From the NCBI RefSeq assembly GCF_009914755.1, contig NC_060939.1: a DNA stretch of 64,000 nt, one strand, 5' to 3'. The notes beneath the pieces were generated by a model, which was not told the DNA's origin, searched no databases, and saw nothing but the letters and a program-made list of their open reading frames with translations. Source of the stretch: the human T2T-CHM13v2.0 reference genome, Homo sapiens. Positions 22,508-36,062 of the stretch are shown here, in pieces (positions within the stretch are counted from its first letter, which is position 1; every line of letters starts with the position of its first letter). The translations under genes were made by a program, and so were the position numbers.

Positions 22508-22571
22508 CATATTTCGCCAAACTTCTGAGGAGCTGGTGAATTCTAAAATCAGGCTCTTACAGATTTTTAAC
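22508..22571 (-). other. UBE3A: UBE3A 64-nt 5'UTR exon (exon 2)
   Basis: Acceptor gttttatattttag|GTTAAAAATC, donor GAAATATG|gtatgt; unique sequence among repeats. Confidence 0.85.
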
Positions 22572-23419
22572 CTAAAATATAAAACACCTCACTCAATTCT
22601 TTTTACATAAACAACTGGATGAACTTTCAAAAAAAAAGGTACTAAATTTCATCATAAAGGCAAATTTATTTTCTATAATTATGAACATCCAAAAACGTAT
22701 CAAGAAACAAATTACTGCTGTTGCCGGGATGAGGAAAGCATAGGTAGGCAGGCCCTGTGGCCTGAGTGCTTTCAGCAGGCAAAGCCATATTTCCCATATT
22801 CATCCATAAAGCTTAGTGCCTTCTATTTATTTACTCTATCCTCCCTCCAAAAGGGCTAAACACATATGAAAACTATTTGACTATATCCCTCTAATCCTTT
22901 CAAATACCTATAGCAATTTTGTTTTTAATTAAATTCTATATGCTAAGCATCGGCTATGTTAGGTACAAATCTGGGCATCTACCACTTTCTAGAGTAGCAG
23001 CCTTGGGCCGACCCTCTGACCCTTGAGTCTCCAATGTCAGGTTATTGTAGCAGAGAAAATGCGTTAAAAAGTTATAGTATAATGCCTACCTGGCACAAAA
23101 CAGGACTTCAATATACGACGATAATTATAATTTATTAAATCAACCACTTAATATATATCAAAACTTAACTCTTAAAAAAAAATCCTGAAGCTTAAAGCAA
23201 GCCCCTAAATTATCACTGTAAATTCTTAACTTGTTTGTATACAATCAGAACATTCCTCAATGGAACAAAAATAAAGTCCTTTCATGTACTGCATTACATA
23301 TAAAGAAAGCAAATCTCAAAGGTTAAGAAACCTATCCAGTGTCCTAGAGGTTGATGGTAGAAAGTGAATACACTGCATATAAAACATTTTGAAATAAAAT
23401 TAACCAACTTTTAAGGTTT

Positions 23420-23643
23420 TAGAGACTGACTTTCAAACTTCAGTCTATAATAGAATTACCTGGGGAAATCTAAAAATGCAACTACTTGGGCTCTACTCGC
23501 AAAGATTTTCATTCAGTGCATGAAGTAGGGGTAAATGAATTTTTTTTTTAATTTTTTTCAGACCAACCCAAGAACGCAGAAATGAATTTGCATTTTAACA
23601 TATACTTCACATGACACACAGATCTCATTTTAAGAAGCCCTGC
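23420..23643. mobile_element. MER5-type hAT MITE
   Basis: ttcaaactt...tagaattacctggggaa...gaatttgcattttaaca...aagccctgc. Confidence 0.6.
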
Positions 23644-24199
23644 CTTCCAAATTATGAGTTAGGAACACATAATCATGGAGGAAATATACCAAATCTATAA
23701 AAATACAGAATAACAAAAACTGTAAGCACTACAAATATTAGGCACACTCACTTGCCAATTTAACCATAAGAATCCTAATACCAGACATAGTTCTCTTACT
23801 TTATCTCTTCAACAGAGGGCTCAGTCTAATAATCTTATAAATAAGTATAGTCTAATAATAAATGCCTATGTTGATCTATATCTACCTCCCTAAAATTTTC
23901 ATTTTATTCATTTCTATTTTTCCTTCACCTCCTTCTAAAGCTGTTTCAAAACTTAATTTCACAAACTGTTTTTTTCTATCACTTTTTATTATAACACCCA
24001 ACACTTCTGTTCTCCTTTGCATCATGTTTATGGTGTCTTATATTTATGGATAATGCTACTTATTAAAACTGTCTAAGTTTTGTCCGTTTACACATTTCAC
24101 AATTAAAGGACTACTACAACAATTTTCCTAAGTCCTCCTGCTTTAGTTTCTCCTTATTCCAGTCCATTCTGCAGTTAAGACTTAAAAAGTTTTAAATAC

Positions 24200-26375
24200 T
24201 GCTTTCAAATAATACTTGCAACATAATTCCCTCAACTCCATTAGCTCCTCAGAGTACCATTTCTTTATCTTCTTTCCTTTTACTGCCAAAAAGACGTGAA
24301 AACCACTAGCTCAGCTGCTATTTTTCTATCTACTGAAATTTTTCTTGTAAAGTTTCCATCATTTCTGTATATTCCCAGTGCTTTGGCCCCTTAATCCTAC
24401 TTAATTTTTGTAGCTTTTAAGACTGCTAATGACTCCTCACCTCCTCTGGCTTCCCTAATGTTGTATCCACTCATTTTCTTCCATCTCTCTAAAGGCAATA
24501 AGGTCTTCTGCTAGTTCATCTTCCTACCTCATACATGGCCTCTCTCCAAGTTTCTGTCAATAGCCACTTTTCTTAACCTAAACCAATTTTCTGCACAATG
24601 TCATCCATTCCCATAGCACCTCTATGCTTACAAACCCCTAACTCTGTATCTTTAAGTCCTTATGTCTGGCATGGTATGCCTGCAACTACATATTACCAAC
24701 GGTACACATCCATTTGGATGTCTCATTAACATCTACATTCAACGTATCTAATATCAAACTCAATTATTTTCCCAAAGAACTCACTCTGCCTAATCTCACT
24801 GTCCTGGTTAAGGACTAAAAAAATTGGTGCCATTCATTACTTTCTCCCCCTCATTTTTATTTGCCCTAACCACTGTGTAGGTTGATACTTGTTCAGCCTT
24901 CAAATTCTTCATAATCATTAATTCAAAAACTGTCTACTAGATTTTGAGTGCCTACTAGGTGGATGAAGATGCAGAGGTAGAAAAACTAGACATAATTTCT
25001 TGCCCTCATGTGGTGAAGGAAATGGGCACAAATAAAAACCACAATTAATTATGCAATAACAATGCACAGTTAAGTGTTGTGATGGAGAGATACAGGGGGT
25101 GTTAAGTTGTGTACTGTAATAAAAAGTCCTTAGTCTGAAGAAAAGGAAAACCATTCTTTATGAGGGACAAGCAAGATTTACAAGACACACTAAGAAAAAC
25201 CCTGTGAGGTAATGATGGTAGCACTATCAGTCCAGCTGCTCAAATTGGAAGATTCTCAGTCATATTCTAAAGAGTCTCTCTCTTTCCCAGTATATCAAAT
25301 TGTTTACCAATTGCTACCAATTCATCCTTAGAAATTCCCCTACATTTCTACATTCTCACATTATTCCCCAGTCTTTTTTGATTGCTTTTAGTTGCTTCCA
25401 GAATAAAGCCAAAGCTCCCAATCACGTCAGATGAGATTCTACACAATTTGGTCAAAACCTGCCAGTGCAGCCTCTTCTTACAGACTAGACCAGACTTCAA
25501 GAGAACATGTGTATCATTTGCTTTTATACTTCCAGTGCTTGCAAATGTTTATAGAATAAGCATCTTACAAAAGAGAAAATTTTTCTCTTAGGGAACTAGC
25601 TTTCAGTCCTTTAGTAAATGCAAGGTTAAGATTCAAACCCTAATTTGTCTGATTCTAAAGACCACGCTTATTCCCTTGTACTTGCCTTCTAATTTATACT
25701 CAAACCCTATGAATTTCCTTAAAAATATCTCTTACTCCTTTTTTCCTCAAACTTACCAACACTGTCCTACTACAGTGCCCCATTATTTCATCTGGTTTCC
25801 CTTTTGCCTTTATCCTCAACTTTGCCACTAGAATTATCTTCCTAAAAACTCAAAGTTACACATATCATTCTATATTCAAAAGCTTTAACACTTTCTCATG
25901 CCAACAGAATAAATTTCTAACTCCTTCACATTTTATTTGAGGCCCCTGCCATGTGGCCCTGACCCCAGCCATCCCAGCACTACTGCCCACTATATGACAT
26001 CATCACCAGTTACCAGATCTAGTCCCATCATTTGACTATTGGCTATAATGTACTGGATATTTGTGTTTCTGACTTCAATGCTTTTGCTTCTGAGGAGACT
26101 TCACTCGGAAATGGTCCTCTATCCATTACTAACCTCTATCCCCCACCCACCTATCATGCCATGTTAAAAACTGGCCTCATTCTAAACACTGTATCTCACA
26201 GGGTTATCTAAACTCTTATACATAATCACCATCTCCTTCATGTCTTATTATACATTCTTAATACCATAAAATAATTTATTAATTTCTCCTTATATTTATT
26301 ATGTTATACCTTACATTACAGCTATCTGTATACATTTGTCAGTGCCTCTAGTTGTAAGCTGATTGATGGTAGGGA
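24200..26375. mobile_element. Patchwork of L2 and MIR fragments
   Basis: Pyrimidine-rich L2-like tracts (catccatttggatgtctc...catctacattcaac), a reverse L2 end at ~24915 and a MIR core at ~25600. Confidence 0.6.
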
Positions 26376-26689
26376 TCATCTCTTCCATATTTTACTTTTC
26401 GTAATAATGGTGACTATGTTTTCTTGACACCATACCTCCCCTCTACAAGAAAAAAAAAAAAAAAAAAAAGGAATCAGGACCCATGGCCTTTGAGCTAGTT
26501 CCAAATGTGACTCATAGATGAACAAAGATACCATTTCTTCCCAAATTAACACAAATATAAGTAAATGCCAATTTAAGAAACGTTTTTTCAAAGACTAAAT
26601 ATGTAAGAATAACCAAAACAATTGTTTCTAATAATGTTCCTTTCTCTACCAGATATTAAAACATATTAACTTAAATGGAATAATTAAAA

Positions 26690-28550
26690 TCGGCACGCCT
26701 TTAAAAAACTGAGTATACACTAAATATATGCATACCTTATGACTTAAAAATTTCACTCTTAAGTATACCAAACAGAAGTAAACATATTCACAAGAAGACA
26801 ATCACTGAAATGTTTAGAGCAGCAGCAATATTCTTAACAGTTCCAAACCAAAAATGATTAAATGTCCGTAACAGCAGATTAAACTATGGCATATTCTTAA
26901 AATGGAATATCACTTCCATTCTTAAAATGGAATATACAGCGACTATCATAAACAATTACTACAACCAACAATGTGAATAAATCTCACAAATACATTAAAA
27001 GAAGTCAGACACAACTAAATGTGCTTGATTCTAGTTAAAGGATGAAAACAGGCAAATCTAATCTATGCTATGAGAAGTCAGGACAGTGGTTACACATGGA
27101 AGAAAAGGGGTAGTGACACAGAGCACAAGGGGCTACGCAGGAGCTGCTGCTGTTTTTTGATCTGAATGCTAGCTAAACGGGTGCTCAGTGTGTGAAAGTG
27201 CAACAAGCTATACACTTAGAAGTGTATAGCTTAAAACATTCTAAAAAAAAAAAAAAACCTCATATGGTATTAGCATTAGACAAAGAGGTAAGCACAACAA
27301 GCACAACAGAAAGCTAATTTCAGAGAAAGATCCGAAAGTATCTGACAGTTGCTCCTTCTCAAACGAGAATTTTCAGACCTTGGATAACAGGCAGCAGAGG
27401 ACTATAATGCATGAAAGGACAAAAACAAAGGAGGTGAGCCATCCACTGCTTGGATGTCTGCCTGGAGGTAATTTCCAACCTGCAGTCAATGGAGGGGAAA
27501 TCCAGTGAGAAGACAGCAGTTTTACTGAGTTCAGAATCAAGAGATCAGAGCTGAGAAAGCTGAAGTGGGTAAAATTGATGACAAGTGCCAGACAAGTGCT
27601 TGTCTGAGAAGGCAGAGAAATGGCTTCAGAAATCTGCCATTTGAGAGTCCACTGCTGAGTACTAACTGTACACGATTAAGGTAAGTGACTCCATGAAGCT
27701 AGTGAAAGAGGGGCAGTAAGCTGAAATATTCCCAGTACTTATAAAGGACTGGGAGACTCCTAAAATTCTCTCTAACCTGAGTGAAGAGAACACGGTGACA
27801 CTGGGAGCATTTAGTAAAGACTCAGAAGGATCATGCCTTAGGTAGGAGCTACTACCATTAAAGCAAAGCCTTCTCTAGACAAACTCCAATGTAGCCCTGA
27901 AGGGATAAAACTGACCAGCAAGTTATTTAGGTGGCTACAAAACAAAACACTCTAAAAGAAAACAAAATCTAGACACCCAACAACAAAATATTACAATGTC
28001 CAGCATCCAATCTTAAAAAATCATTAAATATGTAAAAAACAAAAAATAAAATAAAATAAATACTAGGAAAATACAACCCATGACCAAGAGAAAAAACCAA
28101 CCAACAAATTCAGAGTGAAAAAATTCAAGAAATCAATAAGTAACCTGATTTTCAAACAGCTATTACAAATATGCTCAAGAATTCAAAAAAATACATGAAT
28201 AAAATGAATCAAATGGAATTTCTTGAAATATAAAGCGAAATATCTGAAATTATTTAACAAGGGAGGAGAAAAAACAGTAAAATAGAAGACAAAGCAAACT
28301 GAAGCACAGGGAAATAAAAAGACTGAAAAATAATGAATATGATGTTAATGACCTGTGGATAATACCAAACAGTCTAACATATGTGTAACTGGAGTCCCAG
28401 AAAAAGAGGAAATGATGAAAGAGGAGTAAAGGTGGTAAAAAATATATATATAGAAGAAACAATGGCAACAATCTTCCAAATTTAAGGAATACCATAAATG
28501 TACAGATTCAAAAAGAAAAAAAAAACAAAACCCCAACAACTCTCAGCATG
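26690..28550 (+). mobile_element. Old L1M (MD/ME) 3' and 5'/ORF1 fragments
   Basis: A-rich L1 motifs (gacctgtggataataccaaacagtctaacatatgtgtaactggagtcccagaa). Confidence 0.7.
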
Positions 28551-28838
28551 GTAATCATTGTGCAAATATCATAGAACGTACTTACACAAATCTAGATTAG
28601 ATGGTATAGCTTACTACAGAACTAGGATACATGGTATAGCCCGGGTGCTCCTAGGTTATAAAGCTGTACAGCATGTTACTATACTGAATGAATACTGTAA
28701 GCAACTGTAACAAAGTGTAAGTATTTATACATCTAAACCTAGAAAAGGTACAGTGAAAATATGGTGGTATAATCTTAAATGACTATTGTCAACTATGATC
28801 TCGTTGACTGAAATGTCAGCATGCGGCACATGACTGTA
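28551..28838 (+). mobile_element. Tigger3-type DNA transposon fragment
   Basis: cattgtgcaaatatcatagaacgtacttacacaaa...gctcctagg...gttgactgaaatgtc...cggcacatgactgTA. Confidence 0.85.
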
Positions 28839-29297
28839 TAACCAGACTTCTCATCAAAAACAAATGCTGAAAGAAAAACACATCAACTAACCAAGAAAAA
28901 AGAAACATATATGTCCACACAGAGACTTCTTTTTTTATACAAATGTTCATTGTACCTTTTTATAATAGCTGGGAACTGAAAACAGCCTGGAACTGAAAAC
29001 AGCCCAGGTGTCCCTTAACAGATGAAGTCACAAACCACCGAAACATTCAACAATATGGATGAATCTCAAAAACATTATGTTGAGCAAAAAGAAACTTTTT
29101 ACAACATATAAGTATTGTATGACTCTACTTACATAAAGTTCTGCGCAAGCTAAACTAAGATGAAAACAATCTGAACAATGTTAGGTTCTAGGGGTGGTGT
29201 GGGGGGAAGGAATAACTAGGAAGAGGTGTAGGTTCTATACCCTGATAGAACTTTCTGGCAAAGGTGTATACATTTGTCACAGCTCATGAAATGGTAT

Positions 29298-29785
29298 ATG
29301 TGGTCAACTGTATTTTCCAAAGATGGTCACAATAGAAGCCATTCCACATGCTCTTAACAATGTAACACTGTCATTTTTTCATCAGGTGGTGGAGTCTATG
29401 GCCCTTCTCCTTGAATCTGAGTGAAATTAGTGAGTCTTTCAATCCAAAGACTACAGTCATACCTCAACTATCTACAGAGGACTGGTTCCAGGACTCCCAT
29501 GGATCCCAAAATCCAAGGATGCTTCGAATCCCTTATATAAAATGGCATGGTATTTGCATATAACCTACATGCATCTTCAAATATGTTAAACCATCTCTAG
29601 ATTACTTATAATACCAAATACAATGTAATGCTATGTAAACAGTTGTTACAATGTATTGTCAAAGACAAGCTCTCCTTGCCAATCCCTGACCAAATGAGAG
29701 ATTCATGAGCAAAATAAATAGTTGCTGATATTTAAGGCACTAAGTTTGGGGCAATGTATTACACAGCAATAAATAACTGGAACAG
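29298..29785 (+). mobile_element. MLT1 (MaLR) LTR interrupted by a MER2 fragment (29455-29660)
   Basis: tgtggtc...ccaaagatggtcacaa start and aataaa...taagtttgggg...acacagcaataaataactggaaca end; the inner MER2 starts TA-cagtcatacctc. Confidence 0.75.
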
Positions 29786-30029
29786 CATAGTAAATTCTAG
29801 TTAAAAATACTAAACTACTAAGTTTTAGTTAACATACATGCTCAAGTTAAGGGTGTGGTATACTAACAACTGCAACTTACTTTGAAAAGCATAAAAAAAG
29901 ACACTAGAAGAAGACAGGATGGATAGATGGACAAGATAGAAGACAATAACAAATAGAACAAAATGTTGTGAAATTATATTCTACAATTATTTTAAAGTCT
30001 GTGTGGTTTGAAAAATTGTACGATAAAAT

Positions 30030-33000
30030 GAAGAGTGAAATAAAGACATTTCCATACAAACAAAAGCTGAAAGATTTTGTAGCCAGTAGACCTATACTTT
30101 AGAAATGTTTAAGAAATTTTTTCAAGTAAAAGGAAAATAACACCAGCAACAAACTTGGATCTACAAAAAGGAATCTCCACAAAGAAAAATAAATAAAAAT
30201 GGTAAATATGAAGGTAAATATAAAGGAATGTTATTCTTAGTTTTTAAGTTTCTTCGTAAGACAACTGGCCTTTGAAAGAAATAGTTTCAAACGCTGCTGT
30301 GGAATCTATAACACATATAGAAGTAAAATGTTAAGATCATAATACCAAAAAGAATGAGGGAGAGTAAATGGATGTATACTATTCCAAAATTCTTACATTA
30401 TACATTAAGAGGAATAATATTTTTGAAGGTAGATTGAGGTAAGTTAAAGGTGCATATTGTAAATCCTAGCAGTATCACTGGGGGGAAAAAAAACAGAGGG
30501 ACAAGCTAATAATGGAGACAATACAAAATTCCAAAAATGCTCCATTAACCGAAAAGAAGGCAGAAAAGGAAGAAAAGATTAGACAAATAGAAAAGAAATA
30601 GTGTCTTAAACACAATTATATTGCCAACTGCAATAAATGTAAATGGACTTAATCAAAAAGCAACGATCGTAAAAAGTCAATCTGAAAGCAAGATGCAACT
30701 ATATGCTATCTAAAAGAAAGACATTAAATGACCAATAAGTTGAAAATAAAAACACAGCAAAATGATATAATGTGCAAAAATTAATCATAAGAAAGGAATG
30801 GATACACTAATATCAAAGTAGACTTTAGATAAGGAACATTACCAGCGATAAACAGAGACATTTCATAATGATAAAGACATCAATTAATCAAGGAGATCTA
30901 ACAGTCCTAAATGTGAACACACCTAAGGACACAACTTTAAAGACTTTGCTTCAAAGCATATGAAGAAAAAATGAACAGAGCAGAAGGAAGATAAACTCAA
31001 AATTATAGTTGAAGATTTCAACATTCCTCTCTCGGTAATTAGTAAGTGGACAGAAAATCAGTAAGGATACAGAAGAAATACATTTATCTATCTGACAAAG
31101 AACACATGTTCTGAAAAGAATGTGAAAATATTTGAACAGACACACAAAAGAAAACTTCTCAACAGCAGTCATGAAGAAAATGTAAATTAAGACCATAATG
31201 ACTTTTTACACCCATTAGAATGGCAATTATTTTAAATAAAAAACAGAAATTACCAAGTGTTAGAAAAGATGCAGAGAAATTGGAACCCTTATTCACTGCT
31301 GGTGGGAATGTAAAATGGTGCAGTCACTGTGGAAAACAGTATGGCAGTCTCTAAAAAAATTAAACATACAATTACCACATGACCCAGCAATTCCACTCCT
31401 AAGTACATAACCAAAAGAATTAAAAGAAGGGACTCAAACAGATACTTATATACCAATGTTCATAGCAGCATCATTCACATAGTTAAAAGTTACAAAGAGT
31501 CCAAATGTCCACTGACAAATAAATAAATAAAACAAAAAGTGATATATGCACACAATGAAATATTACTCAACCTTAAAGAATCAAATTTGGATACATGCTA
31601 CAACATGAATGAACTTTGATGACTGATACGGTTTGAATATTTGTCCTGCCCAAATCTCATGTTAAAATATAATCCCCAATGTTGGGGGTGGGGCCTGGTG
31701 GGAGGTAACTGGGTCATGGGAGCAATCCCTCATAGCTTGGTGCTCTCCTTGGGATACAGAGTGAGTTCGCAGATGTGGTCGTTTAAAAAGGGTGTGCCAC
31801 TTCCCCACCCTCTCTCTTGCTCCTGCTCTCGCCATATGACACGCCTGCTCCCCCTTTGCCTTCCACCATGAGTAAACTCACCATGAGGGCTCCCCAGAAG
31901 CTGAGCAGATGGTGGCGCCATGCTTGTACAGCCTGCAGCACCAGGGGCCAAATAAACTTCTTTTCTTTTTAAATTACCCAGTCTCAGATATTCATTTAAG
32001 GCAACGCAAGAATGGCCTAACGCAAGGACATTATTATTATTAAATGAAATGTGCCAGACACAAAAGGACAAAAATCGTATGATTCCACTTATATGAAGTA
32101 CCTGGAAGAGTCAAATTCACATATGAAGTAGAACAGTGATTACCAGCAGATAGGGAGAGTAGGCAATGAAGAGTTACTGTTTAATGGATAGGGTTTCAGA
32201 CTGAGAAGATGAAAAAGTTTCAGAGATGGATAGTGGTGATGGCTGCAGAATAATGTGAATGTACTTTATGTCACTGAACTGTACACTTAAAAATAGTTAA
32301 AATGGTATATTTGATGTTGTGTATTTTAGTACCACTTAAAAAAAAACACTGCAATGGGATACCACTACACACCTCTCAGAACGTGTGCAATTAAAGACTG
32401 AGAACATCAAATGCTGACATTTGGAGAACTGGAACTCTCATACACTGATGATGGGAATGTAAAGTAGTATAATCATCTGGAAAATAGTTTGGCAGTTCCT
32501 TATACATTTAAACATAAACTTACCATGTGACCCAGTAATTCCAATTTAAGGTATTTACCCTAGAAAAATGAAAACATATGTTCACACAAAAACATGCACA
32601 CAAAACAGTACCTTTATTCGCAACAGCCTAAAACTGAAAACAATTTAAATGTTCACCAGAAAATGAATGAACTGTGGTATAGTCATATTGTATTTAAAAA
32701 AACGAAACAAACAAAAATCTGTGACAAACACAAATTGGATGAATCTCAAAAACATGCCAAGTGAAAGAAACCAGGCATGGAAGAGTACATGTTACTTGAT
32801 TCCATGGATATGCAATTCTAGAGTAGGAAAACTAATAAACAGATCAGTGGTTGCCTGGGGCCAAGAGGGAGAAATGACTACAGACAGGAAGGAACTTTTT
32901 GGAGGTAATTCAATTGTTCTAAAGCTTGATTGTAGTAGCAGTGATAGTGTATATATTTATCAAAATCAATAAAACTATATAGTTAAAATGGGTGCATTTT

Positions 33001-33290
33001 ATTGTGTATCAATTATACATCAATAAACTTGATTTTTTTCAAAGTTTGTGAGAACTTAATATAGAAAAAGGTGGCATTATCAGTGGGGAAAGGATGCCTT
33101 ACAAGACAATCAGCTACCCAAGTGGAAGAAAATAAAAGGTAGATATAATTCCCAAACCATGACAAATGCAATCCAGATCTAAACCATATCATACCATATC
33201 CAAAAATATGCTGAATGCTCATATCTAACTTTCTAAATTAAAGTCTATAAAGTAAAATCACAAAAGTATCAGAAGAAAATACAAGAGATT
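30030..33290 (+). mobile_element. Several old L1M fragments (ORF1 end/endonuclease, L1MB and L1ME 3' ends)
   Basis: aaataaagacatttccatacaaacaaaagctgaaaga; ttaccacatgacccagcaattccactcctaag. Confidence 0.8.
31624..32024 (+). mobile_element. MSTB-like MaLR solo LTR
   Basis: TG...CA termini, cccaaatctcatgttaaaatataatccccaatgtt, AATAAA 31951-31956; 5-bp TSD ATGAC/AGGAC inside L1MB. Confidence 0.9.
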
Positions 33291-33590
33291 GGCCAGGTAT
33301 AGTAGCTCATGCCTGTAATCCCAGCACTTTGGGAGGCTGAGGTGGGAGGATAGCTTGAGGCCAGAAGTTTGAGACCAGTCTGGGCAACACACTGAGATAC
33401 GTTCTCTACCAAAAAAAAAAAAAAAACCAACCAACCAAAAAAAAACCAACTAGCTATAGTGGCACATGTCTATAATCTTAGCTACTTGGGAAGCTGAGGC
33501 AGGAGGATCACTTGAGCCCAGGAGTTTGAGGTTGCAGGGAGCTATGGTTGCTCCAGCCCGGGTGACAGAGTGAGATCCTATCTCTAAAAA
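33291..33590 (+). mobile_element. AluJ
   Basis: Diverged dimer with expanded A/CCAA linker. Confidence 0.9.
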
Positions 33591-34369
33591 GTTTTTGTAA
33601 TATATATATGAGATCATATTTATATCAACTTTGTTAGCATGCTGAAACCCAGAAACCATAAAAGATGGACAGATTTGCCTACATAAAAACTTTAAAATTT
33701 CACATGACTAGATACTATAAAATTAAAGGTAGGTAGAGATAATATTTGCAAATTATAATAAAGAATTAAATGATATATAAAGAATGCTTACAAATTTAAA
33801 AAACAAACACCACAATAGAAATGGACCAAAAAACCAGGCAATTTCCCAGGTTATTTATAAAGACTTAAACAGATTTTATATATACATGAATCAAAACAAG
33901 GTAAATGAGCAGTCCCTAATATATTTTAAGGAATGAAACTTGCTAAAATTATTTTTTAAAAGGTAATTGGCAAAACCTATCAAATATTTAGATTGACATG
34001 ATCTAATGGCCTGACATCTTATTTGTAGGAATCTACCTTACAGAAAAAATAACAGGTACCATCATTGCAAAAGCAAATATTGAAAACAACCGAATTTCCA
34101 AAACAGGCAAAGGGTCTCATAACATCATGAACTCTCAGAGTTAATTCCTAGTTCAGTTCTAAAGATTGAGAGAACACATCAGATTTAGAGTATTCCATCT
34201 CAGGTTTCTCAAGGACAATTTTTCATTAAGGCCTAATTTATTATATTTTAAAACATGCTTTTCCATCCTTTTTTCTGTTTTTCCTCTTTTCCCCCCACAA
34301 GCTTATATGGTAAAATTACCTGTAGTTAAGTGGGCATGTGATATGATGCACAGATTTAATGCAATAATT

Positions 34370-35220
34370 TATAAGAATTATCCAACTCCATTCTCTCAGC
34401 TGCTCTGGTCAAAAAACTTTGGCATCATGTTTTACTCCTCCCTTTATTTCCCACTTTCATCTGGTCTACTACCAAATCCTATGGACTCTATTTCAACATA
34501 TATCAAGAATTCAACCACTTCTCACCACCCTCACTGTGACCACTCTGTCCATTTCAGTCACGTCTTAATCTGTACTAATGGTCTACCAATTGGTCTGTTT
34601 CTGCCCTTGTCCCCTTTTTCAGTCTATGATTAACACAGCAACCAGAGTGACCTTGCTAAACATAAGTCATACTTTTTCACTACTCTGCTCAAAGACTTCC
34701 AATAGCTTCCCATCTCACTTATAGGTAAAAATCAAACACCTTATTATGATCAAAATATCTGTACCCTCCATTCTCTCTATTTCCCATCAATTACTTTTCT
34801 AAAGCTACACTGGCCACACCTCGAGTTCTTCAAACACATCAGGCACTCTCACTTTGGGGTTTCCCTATTCACTACACTCTGCCTGAAATGTTCTTCCCCC
34901 AAATATCCACATGGCTAGCTCTCTCATCTCCCTCAGTTCTTCACCCAAGTTACCATTTCAGTGAAGTTTTCTCTACCTACCCTATCTAAAATTTCCCATC
35001 ATCCTTTTCACCTGCAAACACTTCCCTTATTTGTTTCTTCTCCTTAGCACTATGTAACATATATTTTACCTATCTTTATGATCTCTTTTTAGGATTTAAG
35101 TGCCATGAAAGCAAAGGACTGAGTGGGTTTTATACACTGCTGTCTCTACCAGGACCTAGAAAAAAAGGCCCACTACACAGTAGGTGTTCAAGAAATGTTT
35201 ACTAAGTGAATCAGATGGAT
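34370..35220 (+). mobile_element. L2 3' fragment
   Basis: acacagcaaccagagtgacctt...ctctgctcaaagacttccaatagcttccca...cagtaggtgttcaagaaatgttt. Confidence 0.8.
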
Positions 35221-35299
35221 GTGTATGTAGCCAACCATTTGAAAGATTCCTATAACACAGTTAAGAGGAAAAAAAAATTATATGAAACACAAGTTTTAG

Positions 35300-36062
35300 T
35301 ACACAAAAATCTATGCACAAGGAATTAAAAACCTGAAATGAAATTTTAAAAAATTCAATTTGCAATACCATCAAAACATAAAATTCTTAGAAATAAATTT
35401 TTAAAGTAATAAGTACAAGACCTGTATACTGAAAACTACAAAACATGAAAGAAATTAAAGAACACCTTAATAAATGGAAAGATATCCCATGCTCATGAAT
35501 GAGAAGACAGTATTAAGGTAGCAATACTTCCCAAATAGACCTACAGATTCAACACAAATCCAAGTCCTATTAAAATCCCAGTTGCATTTTTTTGCAAGCT
35601 AACCCTAAAATTCTATGGAAATTTGAGAAACCCAGAGACCCAAAACAATTTTGAAAAAGAATAAGTTAGAATACTCACATTTCCTGGTTTCAAGACTTAC
35701 TACAAAGCTACAGTAATCAAGAGTGTGTGTTACCCAAAAAAAACAGACATACATGTCAATGAACATACCTTGAAAATACCATGGTAAGTAAAAGAACCCA
35801 CACACAAAAGGACACATACTGTATGATTCCCATTTATATGAAATATCCAGAATAAATAAATTCATAGAGACAAAGCAGATTAGTGGTTTCCAGAGGCCAG
35901 GAAAGAATGGGGAATGGCTGCTAACAGGTTAGGATTTATTTTGGGGATGATGAAAATGTTCTAAAATTCAATAGTGGTGATGGCTGCAGAACTGTGAATA
36001 TACTAAAAACTTTAAAAGGGTGAATTTTATAGTATGTGAATTATCTCAATAAAGCTATTAAC
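35300..36062 (+). mobile_element. L1M (MB/ME) ORF2 and 3' fragments
   Basis: taaatggaaagatatcccatgctcatg; gatgatgaaaatgttctaaaatt...tatctcaataaagct. Confidence 0.85.
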
